From NCBI GenBank assembly GCA_045106415.1, contig JBGCEP010000010.1, forward strand, positions 72,091 to 136,090: DNA of 64,000 bases. Direction: 5' to 3'. Source of the stretch: Oligoflexales bacterium. Its GTDB lineage: Bacteria > Bdellovibrionota_B > Oligoflexia > Oligoflexales > Bog-1112. The notes beneath the pieces were generated by a model that was not told the origin of the DNA, ran no database searches, and saw only the letters and a list, made by a program, of their open reading frames with translations. Below, in pieces: positions 30,179 through 40,693 of this stretch (the stretch's first letter is position 1; every line of letters starts with the position of its first letter). Both the position numbers and the translations under genes were made by a program.

Positions 30179-30880
30179 ATGAAGCGTTTATGTTCGATAT
30201 GTGCTAGAGGGGGGTCACAAGGAGTTCAAGGTAAAAATCTCAGGCCTTTACTGGGAAAACCTTTGCTACTTCACTCTTTAGAGCAAGCTCATAAAAGTGG
30301 CCTGTTTTCTGCAATAGCTGTCAGTAGTGATGATGAAGGTATTTTGGAAGAAGCCCGTAAGTTTGGTGTTGATGTTATTGTGTCCCGCCCTGAGAGTATG
30401 GCTACTTCTACGGCAGCGAAAGTTCCTGCCATTCAACATTGCGCAAAAACATCTGAACTGATTCTAGGTGTAGAGTTTGATACTTTTGTGGATCTGGATG
30501 CGACCTCGCCCTTGAGGCAAGTTGAAGATATTCAAGGTGCTGTACATTTATTAGAAGAACAAGGAGCTGATAACGTTTTAACTGGCAGTCCTGCGAGACG
30601 TTCTCCTTATTTTAATCTTGTCGAACGGCAAAAAAATGGCTTAACACAACTGGTAAAGCCTGGGCATCAAGTGGTGCGGAGGCAAGATGCACCGGATTGC
30701 TTTGATTTAAATGCATCGATTTACGTGTGGAAAAGATCGGCTTTGCTTTCGTCTGATATCTCAATTTTTCACGATAAGACGCTGCTATATGAAATGCCAG
30801 AAGAAAGGTCGTGGGACATTGATTCTGAGTTTGATTGGCGTATCGTATCGATGCTGGCTGCAGAAAGAGGGAGGCTTTGA
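30179..30880 (+). CDS. Acylneuraminate (nonulosonate) cytidylyltransferase, NeuA/LegF/PtmB-like
   Basis: CARGGSQGVQGKN, ATSPLR, DIDSEFD. Confidence 0.88.
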   Translation: MKRLCSICARGGSQGVQGKNLRPLLGKPLLLHSLEQAHKSGLFSAIAVSSDDEGILEEARKFGVDVIVSRPESMATSTAAKVPAIQHCAKTSELILGVEFDTFVDLDATSPLRQVEDIQGAVHLLEEQGADNVLTGSPARRSPYFNLVERQKNGLTQLVKPGHQVVRRQDAPDCFDLNASIYVWKRSALLSSDISIFHDKTLLYEMPEERSWDIDSEFDWRIVSMLAAERGRL

Positions 30881-31692
30881 TGAATGGTCTATTTCGGTTA
30901 GATGGAAAGCATGTTGTGTTGACAGGAGGCTCTGGGATTCTTGGCCAACATTTTGCTAGAGGAGCCTTGCAGCAAGGAGCGATTCTGAGTCTTATTGACC
31001 AGAATGAAGAAGCGCTTCATCAGTTTGTCGAGCAGTTAAATCCACAAAGTCAGCAAAAGATTTATATGAAGCTGTGTGATGTAAGTCATTCTGATTCAGT
31101 AGAAGAAGCAGTCTTTGATATTGAAGAAAAAATGGGCCCTATTCATGTTCTTCATAATAACGCTGCCAGTAAGTCTAAGAATCCTAAAGATTTTTTTGAA
31201 AAAGATGAAGATTTTTCTGTAGAACTTTGGGACCAAATTATGAGTGTCAATCTCACAGGTATGTTTCTTATGGCTCGTGCGGTGATGAGTCGTATGAGAG
31301 AAAACCGCGTCCGTGGAAGCGTGATTCAGACAGCTTCCATCTACGGACATGTTGCTCCTGATCAAAGGATCTATGAAGGTTCAGAATATATGGGGCTGCA
31401 AATTTCAAGCCCTGCTGTTTATTCTGCCTCAAAGGCTGGTGTCATAGGTCTCACAAAATATCTAGCAGCGCGTTGGGGTGAGCATGGTATTCGAGTGAAT
31501 ACATTGACACCAGGTGGAGTCGAAAGTGGGCAGAACCAGAGATTTAAAGATCAATACTCTGCAAGAGTCCCTTTAGGGCGTATGGCGAAAGCTGAAGAAA
31601 TGGTTGGCGCGATGGTGTTTTTAGCTTCAGATGCGTCAAGTTATGTGACTGGGCATAATCTTATGGTCGACGGTGGTTTGAGCTGTTGGTAG
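30880..31692 (+). CDS. SDR oxidoreductase (PtmA-like)
   Basis: TGGSGILG, NNA, SIYG, YSASK, NLMVDGG. Confidence 0.82.
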   Translation: MNGLFRLDGKHVVLTGGSGILGQHFARGALQQGAILSLIDQNEEALHQFVEQLNPQSQQKIYMKLCDVSHSDSVEEAVFDIEEKMGPIHVLHNNAASKSKNPKDFFEKDEDFSVELWDQIMSVNLTGMFLMARAVMSRMRENRVRGSVIQTASIYGHVAPDQRIYEGSEYMGLQISSPAVYSASKAGVIGLTKYLAARWGEHGIRVNTLTPGGVESGQNQRFKDQYSARVPLGRMAKAEEMVGAMVFLASDASSYVTGHNLMVDGGLSCW

Positions 31693-31695
31693 CGA

Positions 31696-32139
31696 CTACT
31701 GGCAAATCTCATACCATGGTTCAAAGTCCCAAACAGATGGGTAGTAATCAAAAACAAAAGGCTCACAATCACCTTCGGTCAATTGCTCAAGAATGACGGG
31801 AGTCTTTTGGCCGGTTTTGATAAAATTTTTATCTGCCCATTCTTGACATGGAAGCTCACCGTCCCCGTAACGCAATGTCCACAGTTTTTTACCGTCCAGC
31901 AGTGGGTTTGCTTGGGTTGGTGTGAAGCGGAAATGAATTTCCACTTGGTCGATGTCGTCTTGACGGAGTGGGGAGGTCGAGATGACTTCAGCTTGTCCTG
32001 GAATAGCGCGATAAATACAAGTCGTTGCAATATCATCATTGTTGCCAGTCGTTGCAGAATTTTCTGTGCGTTTGCTCCAGGAGCGACAAGATGTACTCAT
32101 CATGATGAGTAAGCTTAAACTTAAAAGAAGTCGTAACAT
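31696..32139 (-). CDS. Hypothetical lipoprotein
   Basis: Signal peptide ending STSC. Confidence 0.55.
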   Translation of the reverse strand: MLRLLLSLSLLIMMSTSCRSWSKRTENSATTGNNDDIATTCIYRAIPGQAEVISTSPLRQDDIDQVEIHFRFTPTQANPLLDGKKLWTLRYGDGELPCQEWADKNFIKTGQKTPVILEQLTEGDCEPFVFDYYPSVWDFEPWYEICQ

Positions 32140-32313
32140 AGTGGCCTCATGTTGCAAAAACTAATGTTATCGTCTCATAAGTTTCAGAAACAACAAAGGT
32201 GTGACTCTAAGAGTTTTTCAAACAATAGTGGTGTTGAACCCTTTGGGTGTTGGGGATTAAGCACTATAAGTATCTTTTTTCACAACTAAAAATGGCAGTG
32301 CAAGCTGTCTTTT

Positions 32314-33633
32314 TTAGATTTCCCCACTTTTCACGTAAGAGTCAAAGAGTTCTTTTTTTTCTTTTGTTTTCTTGTAAATATAGTGCTGATAGAAATCTTC
32401 AATTGATTGTTTTTTTATAGATTTTTTCTTGTTTTTTTCAGCGAGAATTTGTTTTCTGATTTTAAGTAATTGGTGAATATGAATATCTAAAATCTTGCAA
32501 ATGCTTTGTACAGACAGTTGGTTTGTATCAATGACAGCTGTCAGGTTTACGATGTCTTGACGTGATAGTTTGCTGATCATGGCACCTATGTCTTGGTGTG
32601 AAGCAATGTCTTGGAGTTTTTTCTCACAGTAGATATCTTGATGTTCGCGAATTGCTTCTAGTAATATCTTGACTTTGATGTCTTGTGTTGGCTCAGGTAT
32701 TTCGACCTTGCGCTGAAAGAGGTCGAGAGTTTCTTCATCAATCTTTGTGGGGCAGTGAGTTGTGATAACAAAAGAAGCGTAAGGAGTTTGATTTTGCATA
32801 GCGAGGCGGAAGGTTTGAAGAGGTTGTGCCTGTTCCCCTTTTAAGTGTGAACCAAAGATCTTCTCAGCCTCTTCTATGATGATGATATGACGTTTTTTTA
32901 CTGCGAGAGGCTTGAGAGTGGCGATCGATTTTACGTCGTTGAAAATTTCTGAAACCGTTTTTTGACGTGGTTTTTTGATAAATCTCAGGAAATGTTTTAG
33001 CTCTTTATCCGAACTTCGCGCCAAGTTTTCTGCAGTGTATGTTTTTACAATGACTCCAGAAAGTGTATTGAGCTGTTGAGCTAAGGCAGATTTGCCAACA
33101 CCTCGGGCCCCAGTAATCATTAAATTAGGCAGAGGGATATTTTTGTATGAATGATTTTTGAATTGACGTTTGTAAGCATCTAAAAGTTCTTGGGTTTCGT
33201 CGTCAAAGTGGATTTTTGCCCCTCTTGGAGTAGGGTGTGTTTTTGCTATTTTGTAAAGTGTTGGTGTGAAAAAACCAAATTGTAGGTACGTAATCGTCGG
33301 TTCAATCCATTTGCCTATAAGGGCATTGACGACAAGGGAACCAGTTTTTTCTGCTGCACTTGTAAAAGCTTTATCGAGAAAGTGATGAGATTTGGAGTGA
33401 AGATAGCCACCTAGAGAACCTTTTTGAATGAGGTCGTCTAGTGTTGGAAGTTCTTTGTAGCCCAAAACCTTTGTGAAGTTTGTGCTTAAACGTGTCGAGA
33501 ACTCTGCGTAGTAATTTGAGCCTGCGGTTGTGTTGTCTTCATGAAGGGCACAAAAAGCAGACTGAAACGAGCAAAGAGATAATTGGATAAGAAGGCTGTA
33601 GCGGACAAAGTTTTGAAAAAGTGCTTGAACCAT
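32314..33633 (-). CDS. Signal-peptide AAA+ ATPase-like protein, degenerate
   Basis: Walker A GARGVGKS; Walker B IIIIEE; no clear Arg finger; SD GAGGA before MVQALF. Confidence 0.65.
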   Translation of the reverse strand: MVQALFQNFVRYSLLIQLSLCSFQSAFCALHEDNTTAGSNYYAEFSTRLSTNFTKVLGYKELPTLDDLIQKGSLGGYLHSKSHHFLDKAFTSAAEKTGSLVVNALIGKWIEPTITYLQFGFFTPTLYKIAKTHPTPRGAKIHFDDETQELLDAYKRQFKNHSYKNIPLPNLMITGARGVGKSALAQQLNTLSGVIVKTYTAENLARSSDKELKHFLRFIKKPRQKTVSEIFNDVKSIATLKPLAVKKRHIIIIEEAEKIFGSHLKGEQAQPLQTFRLAMQNQTPYASFVITTHCPTKIDEETLDLFQRKVEIPEPTQDIKVKILLEAIREHQDIYCEKKLQDIASHQDIGAMISKLSRQDIVNLTAVIDTNQLSVQSICKILDIHIHQLLKIRKQILAEKNKKKSIKKQSIEDFYQHYIYKKTKEKKELFDSYVKSGEI

Positions 33634-33740
33634 GGATATCCTCAACGTCGTGAACATAACGATCAAAGTCATAGTGTCTAGCATGAGAAAAATATAAGTT
33701 CAATGTATTTCAATGAGTGACATTCAAATGGCTCAGAGAG

Positions 33741-33777
33741 CTAAAAGGCCTTCTTCATCATGAAAAAGGCCTTTTAG
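33741..33777. terminator. Hairpin between the two AAA+ genes
   Basis: CTAAAAGGCCTTCTTCA-tca-TGAAAAAGGCCTTTTAG. Confidence 0.6.
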
Positions 33778-33800
33778 GATTATTTTTTTGATGTTGTGAT

Positions 33801-35309
33801 CTATTTGTCTTTATGGTCATGATTGTCATCATCTGTGTGGCCGAATATTTTTTTGAGGTTCAAATTTCGTTTGTTTTCACGCTCTTCGAGCTCCATTTCA
33901 GCTTGGCGGAGAGTGATTTCTTCTTGGCGTTTTTGTCGAGCTTCAGCTTCCCGCTTGATTTTTTCAAGCTTTGCTTTTTGTCGGTTCTTTTTATCAAAGG
34001 TGATGGCGCGTATCACTTCGTCGCGTGTAATGAAACCACGATTTCTTTTGAGAGCAGCAGTCACTATAACCGGGCTGATGCGTCTTAAATCACTTCCGGA
34101 AAGGCCGTCGCTGGCTTCTTCAAATTCTTCGTCGTGTGCTAAGCTTTGAAGAAGACCTTTCGTGATTTCTGCTTGTCTATCATCGCCCCTGATGTCTTGA
34201 GAAATATATTTATTGAGGATTTGAATACGGTTTTCAAGATTTGGAAGACCGATTTCAACCGAGTAATCAAAACGTCTATAAGCGGCTTGATCAATCGTAT
34301 CAGGAAAGTTTGTTGTGACGATAAAAGAAATATTGGGTGAGCCTGATCCTGCGATAGTCAAAAACTCTCTTAAATACTCATTTCTTTGACCCATCATGTT
34401 TGACCCTCCGAATAGCGCTTCGCCTTCGTCTATGAAGATGACGTGCTTGACAGGAATCGCCTGTGGTTCTTGTTTTTTAGATTTTTCTGACTTGAACAGT
34501 CTTGAGAAGCGGTTTTTCATTTTACTAAAAGTTGAATTTGATGGTTGAGAGCGTTTGACTGCAGATTCTCCTAGGCCTTCAACGTAGTGAAGAAGGTGTG
34601 CGAACTGCTGGTGATGTTGTGACATAATCTTGCTGGCAGAGTAGACCTTAATAACATAATTACCCTCTGCAGCTATTCTTTTCGCTATTTCTGTTTTACC
34701 TGTTCCTGGAGGTCCATATAATAAGAGGGAAGGCAAAGGCTTGTTCATTTTGGCAGATCGGTTGAGGTGGCTCACAAATGTCTCGACTTGCAGTGAAGCT
34801 TCTTCGTCAAGAATAATGCCTTCAACTTTTTCAGGATATGATGTGAGAGTCATAGTCGAGTTTTCATAAAGGTCTGGTGCTAGAGCTTTTCTTTGCTTGC
34901 GAACGACTGACGGCATGACAATACCGTGAATAAGAGTGTCGGCAAGACCGTTGCCAATTTTGTCAGCTGCTTTATTTAAGATTCTTGAAAAAATCCCTTG
35001 GCCCTCACCAAGAAAAAGTCTTGTGACCCCTAGGATGGCTGATCCCATAACGCTTGTTGCTATGCGGCCTGTTTGGTTATATGAGTTGGTCTCGTCGAGA
35101 TCTTCAGGGAAGAAGTTTTGACCAAGCTTATCCCCTAGGGCTGATGATTTAAGTTGCGAATAATGCGATGCTTTTTCACAAAAACCATTGTAGTTATTGG
35201 GTTTTAAGTCCATGCGATGCTGTTTTGAAGCACTGATGGCTGAGGAAGAGGAAAGAACCGTTATAAGAAAGAGATGCGATATTTTTTTTTGCTTAAGAGA
35301 GAAGAACAT
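33801..35309 (-). CDS. Signal-peptide classical-clade AAA+ ATPase
   Basis: LLYGPPGTGKT, IFIDEGE, TTNFPDTIDQAAYRRFD; SD GGAG before MFFSLK; C-terminal coiled coil. Confidence 0.82.
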   Translation of the reverse strand: MFFSLKQKKISHLFLITVLSSSSAISASKQHRMDLKPNNYNGFCEKASHYSQLKSSALGDKLGQNFFPEDLDETNSYNQTGRIATSVMGSAILGVTRLFLGEGQGIFSRILNKAADKIGNGLADTLIHGIVMPSVVRKQRKALAPDLYENSTMTLTSYPEKVEGIILDEEASLQVETFVSHLNRSAKMNKPLPSLLLYGPPGTGKTEIAKRIAAEGNYVIKVYSASKIMSQHHQQFAHLLHYVEGLGESAVKRSQPSNSTFSKMKNRFSRLFKSEKSKKQEPQAIPVKHVIFIDEGEALFGGSNMMGQRNEYLREFLTIAGSGSPNISFIVTTNFPDTIDQAAYRRFDYSVEIGLPNLENRIQILNKYISQDIRGDDRQAEITKGLLQSLAHDEEFEEASDGLSGSDLRRISPVIVTAALKRNRGFITRDEVIRAITFDKKNRQKAKLEKIKREAEARQKRQEEITLRQAEMELEERENKRNLNLKKIFGHTDDDNHDHKDK

Positions 35310-35536
35310 AGAGAAAACTCCGAACACCTGAGGAAAAGAAAGCAAAAGTATTTTCTTAATACTTATCCACATGTTATACGCATTATAAAATTTGTCAAAT
35401 TATTTTAAACAACCTTCCAATAACAGTATGTTAACAGTAGGTTGTAAGTAAAAATAAGAAGAAGCTATGATGCAGTTTTGTCATAACACCTCTGTTTATT
35501 GTTGGCATTAGAATTTACCACTTATATTTCAGTGCC

Positions 35537-35947
35537 TTATAATTTGTTCTGGGATTTAAGAAGGGACATTTTTGCGACTCGTGCGACTTTATCGGGATCA
35601 AAAGGTTTTTCTATAAAGTAAACACCTTCAAGGATGTGTGTAGGAGTATTGGCTTGTATCTCAGGTAAAAAAGCGGAGATGCAAATGACTGGGGAGTTTT
35701 TGTTTTGAGTATGGCCTTCGCGTACGGTTTTGATGAATTCGAGGCCGTTCATACCTGGCATCATAAAATCAGTAATGATGAGGTCAAATTTTGTTTTCGA
35801 TAACTGGGGAACAGCCGTTTTACCATCATCAGCGGTTTCGATTGCTGGTGTTGTGAGAAGGAAGTCATATTCGACAAACTGCTCTTGAAGAATCTCTAAA
35901 ATATCAGGGTTGTCGTCAACCAATAATATATTCATGGGATTCTGCAT
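35537..35947 (-). CDS. Single-domain response regulator (CheY-like)
   Basis: LVDD, TDFMMPGMNG, KPF; last gene of che operon. Confidence 0.85.
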   Translation of the reverse strand: MQNPMNILLVDDNPDILEILQEQFVEYDFLLTTPAIETADDGKTAVPQLSKTKFDLIITDFMMPGMNGLEFIKTVREGHTQNKNSPVICISAFLPEIQANTPTHILEGVYFIEKPFDPDKVARVAKMSLLKSQNKL

Positions 35948-35956
35948 TTTGACTCC

Positions 35957-37885
35957 TTAAGATGCTAATGGTTCTCTTTGACTTGATACAGAGAGAAGTT
36001 CACAGAGGCGTTCTGGAAAATCATCAAGTGATACAATTTCTTTGTGAGCGTTGAGGCGAATTGCTTCACGCGGCATCCCGAAAACAACACAACTCTCCTC
36101 GTCTTGAGCAAGGGTGTAAGCACCACTTTCTTTCATTTTTAAAAGACCCTGAGCTCCATCTCGACCCATACCGGTGAGTATGGCGCCGATAGTATTTTTT
36201 CCAACTTCTTGCGCAACGGAGTTCATGAGAACGTCAACGGCTGGAACATGTGTTTCCCCTTCAGATCCCTCTTGTAAATGAATTTTCAATTGATCTTGTG
36301 TTTTTTTAACAATCATATGTTTGTCGCCAGGGGCTATATAAACCGTCCCTGGGCTGACAACGTCCATGTGCTCAGCTTCTTTAACGTGAAAAGGGCATAG
36401 ACTATCAAGTCTTTTGGCAAAAAGAAGAGAGAAATGTTTAGGGATGTGCTGAACAATTAAGATTGGAGGGATATTTTCTGGCAAACTTTGTAAAATATTT
36501 GCAAGAGCAACAGTACCCCCTGTTGAAGATCCAATTGTAATAATTTTATCTTTCCGCAGTGATGAATGATTTGTGGGTTTCACTTTAACAACGGAGGTCT
36601 TTTTAATATGAGATTTTCTAGCAGATGCTGCAATTTTAATTTTGTCAGTAAGCTGAGGAATGAAAGTTTCCATCTCGCTTAAGTCTGGTTTTTCTACAAA
36701 ATCAATGGCACCAAGTTCCATTGATTTAAGTGAAAGTTTTCTATCTTCGTTATTTACACCTGAAATCATAATGACGGGTAGCTTTCTTTTTGGAATCATT
36801 TGCTCTAAATACTCAATGCCGTTCATATGAGGCATATTAATGTCAAGAGTGATAAGATCAGGTTCACTGTCTTTCATAAGCTTTTCAGCTTCTAAAGGAT
36901 CAGAGGCAATACCAAAAAGTTCAAAATCATGATTTTTTTCTACAATAGATGCGATGAGATTTTGGATAACTTTTGAATCATCAACGATAAGAACTTTCGT
37001 TTTACCTGATGGTTGAGGAGAAGTTGTGATTGTTGTTGAGATTTTTTTGCTCGATTTAGAGGCATTTTCTTTTCTCCCATATACGGAGAGTCCAATACTT
37101 TCTAAGGGTTCAGGTATTGTTTTCAATGTTTCACACATACCTGTAATAAGGTGTCCGTCAGGCTGCAGATGATTTGATAGTTTTTGAATGACTTTTAAAA
37201 TAGTTGGTTCGTCAAAATAGATAAGAACATTTCGGACCATAATGAAGTCGAATTTCATCGGTATTTTCTGATCAAAAGCACATAGGTTATGCTGGCGAAA
37301 TTTTATTTGTTTTTTGAGTTTGTCCGAAACTTTACATAAATCAGCATTTTGTCCTTTGCCAATGAGAAAAAAATCTTTAATCTGTGACATAGAGACATCT
37401 CGTTGAACGAGTTGTTTATTATAAACGCCCTGTGAGGCAAACTGTAAAACATCTGTGTCAATGTCTGTGGCTAAGATGCGATAATCAAAAGGACCAACAA
37501 CTTTTTGCATTTTTTCAAATGTCATCGCAAGGCTATAGGCTTCTTGCCCATAGGAAGAGGCTGCAATCCAAGCTGATATTGATTTTTTTGGATTTGCTTT
37601 GATTCTAGATTCAATATGCTGAAAGTGCTCTTTTTCACGAAAAAATTCTGTTTTGTTTGTTGTCAATGCATTTGTAAAATAGGTCATTTCTTCTATATTA
37701 TTGTCTTTTAACAGACAAATATAGTCATGCCACACTTGAAACCCATGATGGCGAAGGCGTTTCCCAAGGCGACTTGTAAGAAGAGTTTTCTTCGACTCTT
37801 GCATCTTAATACCTGTTTTTTGCTTTAACAGGTCTTGCATGAACTTAAACTCGCTATTGGAGAGTTCTGGTATCACTTGTGCCAT
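35957..37885 (-). CDS. CheR-CheB fusion (methyltransferase + receiver + methylesterase)
   Basis: TTNKTEFFRE, ATDID, RNVLIYF; then VDDS, DINMP; then GSSTGG, QHIP, LTGMGRDG. Confidence 0.9.
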   Translation of the reverse strand: MAQVIPELSNSEFKFMQDLLKQKTGIKMQESKKTLLTSRLGKRLRHHGFQVWHDYICLLKDNNIEEMTYFTNALTTNKTEFFREKEHFQHIESRIKANPKKSISAWIAASSYGQEAYSLAMTFEKMQKVVGPFDYRILATDIDTDVLQFASQGVYNKQLVQRDVSMSQIKDFFLIGKGQNADLCKVSDKLKKQIKFRQHNLCAFDQKIPMKFDFIMVRNVLIYFDEPTILKVIQKLSNHLQPDGHLITGMCETLKTIPEPLESIGLSVYGRKENASKSSKKISTTITTSPQPSGKTKVLIVDDSKVIQNLIASIVEKNHDFELFGIASDPLEAEKLMKDSEPDLITLDINMPHMNGIEYLEQMIPKRKLPVIMISGVNNEDRKLSLKSMELGAIDFVEKPDLSEMETFIPQLTDKIKIAASARKSHIKKTSVVKVKPTNHSSLRKDKIITIGSSTGGTVALANILQSLPENIPPILIVQHIPKHFSLLFAKRLDSLCPFHVKEAEHMDVVSPGTVYIAPGDKHMIVKKTQDQLKIHLQEGSEGETHVPAVDVLMNSVAQEVGKNTIGAILTGMGRDGAQGLLKMKESGAYTLAQDEESCVVFGMPREAIRLNAHKEIVSLDDFPERLCELLSVSSQREPLAS

Positions 37886-37894
37886 AAGAGATCC

Positions 37895-40165
37895 TTAGAT
37901 GTTGTCCCAATCATCATCATTATGAGATGTTGCGCCATAGGTTTGACCGATAGATTGTATTGAATTATTCTTTTCAGTGGATTTTTTAGATTTTTTTGGA
38001 TCTTTTGGTTTTCTTTCTTCTGCCTGAAGAGCAATCTCATCATGAGAAACTGGTTTGTTGTAGATAATCTCCATGAGTTGCTCAACGTTGGAAAGAAGTG
38101 TTGTGGATTGATCTTCGAGCCCATCAGCCACTGTTGCTGAGTTTTCTGCTGTTGCTGAGTTTTGTTGGGTTGCTTGGTCGAGTTGGTTCATGGCTTCGTT
38201 GACCTGTGAAACGCCGTCAGATTGCTCTCGTGATGCTGTCACAATACGAGCTGCCTGCTCTGATAGTAGTTCTGCGTCAGAAGCAATGCTCTCAAGGTAT
38301 TTTGCTGTGTCTTTTACAAGAATGTTTCCTTGTTCAACTTTCTTCTTACTTTCTGAAGTAATGGATTCTGTGTCACGGATGGATTGCTTAACCATAGAAG
38401 ATATTTCAAGAGCAGCTTTTCCACTCATTTGAGCCAAGTTTCCAACTTCTTGTGCTACAACAGCGAATCCTCTTCCGTGTTCCCCTGCTCTTTCTGCTTC
38501 AACAGAAGCATTAAAAGAAAGTAGTTTTGTTTGAAAGACGATTTCGTCTATGACTTCTGTTTTTTCTCCAATTTCTCCAATAATTGAAACAAGGTCTTGT
38601 ATTTTGTTGTTACTTTCAGTGATTTCATCCATGGATTTGACCAGATCTGTCATAGAAATATTGCCTTTATTAGCCATATTTTTAACATGTGCAGAAAGGT
38701 CGGAGGAATCTTGTGCTTGCTGAAGATTGTTTTTGACCATTGCACTAATTTCTTCGACGGAGGCGGCTGTTTCCTCAATTGCGGCACCTTGCTCTGTTGC
38801 AAGGTCGGACAGCTGTTGGCTGGATTGGGACATCGATCGAGCAGCTTCAGAAACTTTTTCTGAGCCATCGCCTAGCTCTTTGGCGATATGTAGAATGGGA
38901 TTTGCAATACCTTTTCCAACGAAAAGTCCGAAAGAAATAGTGATAATGACAGAGAAGAGTGCAATGAGAAGCATGTATTGGCCGAGAAGTTCAGCGGAAT
39001 AAAAAGCTTCTTTGGTACTTTGTTGAGCAATAAACGCCCACCTTAGTCCAAGAAGGTCAAGTGGGGCGAAGCGTGTGAGAACACGAGATCCAAGATAGTT
39101 CTGTGTAACTCTTTCCCCTGATTCTCCTGAAATAGCATCATTGACATCAAGAGTTTCTATTTTTCCAGTTTCAGAATTTCGGAATGAGCTTACAACACTT
39201 CTGTGGTCAGGATCTAAAAAGCTGTCCGATCGCATGAGGTTGTCTGGACCAACAATGAAACTTTCGCCTGTTTCACCTAGCCCTCCTCTTTCGCCCATAA
39301 TGCTGTTAATACCATCGATAGGCATTTGAAAGACAACAACAGCAATGTTTTCTCCTTTATGGAAAATAGGTGCAGCAATAAAGCTCGCAGGAGCTTCATA
39401 AGAAGGAGTGTATTGTTTGAAGTCAATAAGGGAAACAAAATTTTGATCTTTGGTTTGTGCGGCTTCTTTAAAAACTTCAGCGAAATTAGTATTGGAATAA
39501 GGTCCAGTTATAAGTGATGTTGCGTAGTCCAACTCTTTAAAGACAGAATAAATAATATGACCTGTTTTAGAATCAAGAATGAAAATATCGTAATATCCAA
39601 AGTTTTCTAGGTATTCTTTGATATATGGGTGGTTTTTGTCATGGTGCTCGGAATATAACGAATTATCACTTGCTTTATAGAGTTCATGCTTTGATCCAAG
39701 TGGATGTTCATTATCTTGAATGTACCGATATTGCCATAAAATAGACAGGTCATCCATTTGACTGACAAGAGAATTTACATCGGGTTTTTCTCCATTTTGA
39801 GATTGATATTCTTCACCAAAAGGACCGTTGTAATATTGTAATAAAGAGGTTTTCATTGATTCAATACTTGCGTCATCAATTTGTTGCTCTTCAATAATGC
39901 TAAAAAAAGATTCTCGAAAGTCAGCTGCTGCTTCTTGAATCATAATATCATGTGAGAAAGAGGTGATTTGATGTTTAATATCAGTAAAATATCGTTTTAC
40001 ACTACTGAGCTTTAATTCTTGTATAGATCTTAATCGATCAAAGGCAGCTTCTTCTAGAAAATCGTTTGAGAGCTTATATGCTAAAGAACCCATAATAATT
40101 AAAGGGACAATGCCACTGCAAACGAATTGGAGGAGTAACTTTTTCTTTAAATCAAGTTTCATCAT
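37895..40165 (-). CDS. Methyl-accepting chemotaxis protein with large periplasmic (Cache-like) domain
   Basis: 2 [30 protein letters not shown]-terminal pentapeptide-like DWDNI. Confidence 0.93.
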   Translation of the reverse strand: MMKLDLKKKLLLQFVCSGIVPLIIMGSLAYKLSNDFLEEAAFDRLRSIQELKLSSVKRYFTDIKHQITSFSHDIMIQEAAADFRESFFSIIEEQQIDDASIESMKTSLLQYYNGPFGEEYQSQNGEKPDVNSLVSQMDDLSILWQYRYIQDNEHPLGSKHELYKASDNSLYSEHHDKNHPYIKEYLENFGYYDIFILDSKTGHIIYSVFKELDYATSLITGPYSNTNFAEVFKEAAQTKDQNFVSLIDFKQYTPSYEAPASFIAAPIFHKGENIAVVVFQMPIDGINSIMGERGGLGETGESFIVGPDNLMRSDSFLDPDHRSVVSSFRNSETGKIETLDVNDAISGESGERVTQNYLGSRVLTRFAPLDLLGLRWAFIAQQSTKEAFYSAELLGQYMLLIALFSVIITISFGLFVGKGIANPILHIAKELGDGSEKVSEAARSMSQSSQQLSDLATEQGAAIEETAASVEEISAMVKNNLQQAQDSSDLSAHVKNMANKGNISMTDLVKSMDEITESNNKIQDLVSIIGEIGEKTEVIDEIVFQTKLLSFNASVEAERAGEHGRGFAVVAQEVGNLAQMSGKAALEISSMVKQSIRDTESITSESKKKVEQGNILVKDTAKYLESIASDAELLSEQAARIVTASREQSDGVSQVNEAMNQLDQATQQNSATAENSATVADGLEDQSTTLLSNVEQLMEIIYNKPVSHDEIALQAEERKPKDPKKSKKSTEKNNSIQSIGQTYGATSHNDDDWDNI

Positions 40166-40680
40166 GCTGCACCACCTTGTCCTTGGTCTTTTAAGACCTT
40201 GAAATCTGTTCTGTTCATAGATCTATGTAAATCGATAAGGAGTGTGAGCTCTCCATCATGATGTTTCGCAATCCCGTAAACACCATCACCTTTGCGGTTT
40301 GAAGTATCTTCTAAATTAATTTCTAATTCAGAATCGTCATAACCAACAACTTCGAGGACTTCATCAACAATAGACCCCACAACAATATCTCCTACGTGAG
40401 AAATAATAATACTGGTTTTTTGAGAATTCACGTCTAGGCTTTGAAAGCCTAGTTTAATTCTTAAATCGATGACTGAAATGATTTGACCTCTAAGGTTTAT
40501 GAGTCCTTTATAAAAAGGAGGGACCTTAGGAAGAGGTGTTATATTTGTGAGTCCAATGACTTCTTTGACCCTTGATAAGGGGAATGCATATCTTTTATCA
40601 CTGAGGCTAAAGATAAGGTGCTTTTTCTTCGATCGAGCAGATTCGTTTTCCGTAATATTTGTTCCGTCTAACAAGCTCAT
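40162..40680 (-). CDS. cheW: CheW
   Basis: [21 protein letters not shown]. Confidence 0.92.
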   Translation of the reverse strand: MSLLDGTNITENESARSKKKHLIFSLSDKRYAFPLSRVKEVIGLTNITPLPKVPPFYKGLINLRGQIISVIDLRIKLGFQSLDVNSQKTSIIISHVGDIVVGSIVDEVLEVVGYDDSELEINLEDTSNRKGDGVYGIAKHHDGELTLLIDLHRSMNRTDFKVLKDQGQGGAA

Positions 40681-40693
40681 AAAATAGAACCTC

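Noticed and set aside
38190..39517. Several antisense ORFs within the MCP gene
   Set aside because: Typical antisense shadows of a coding strand
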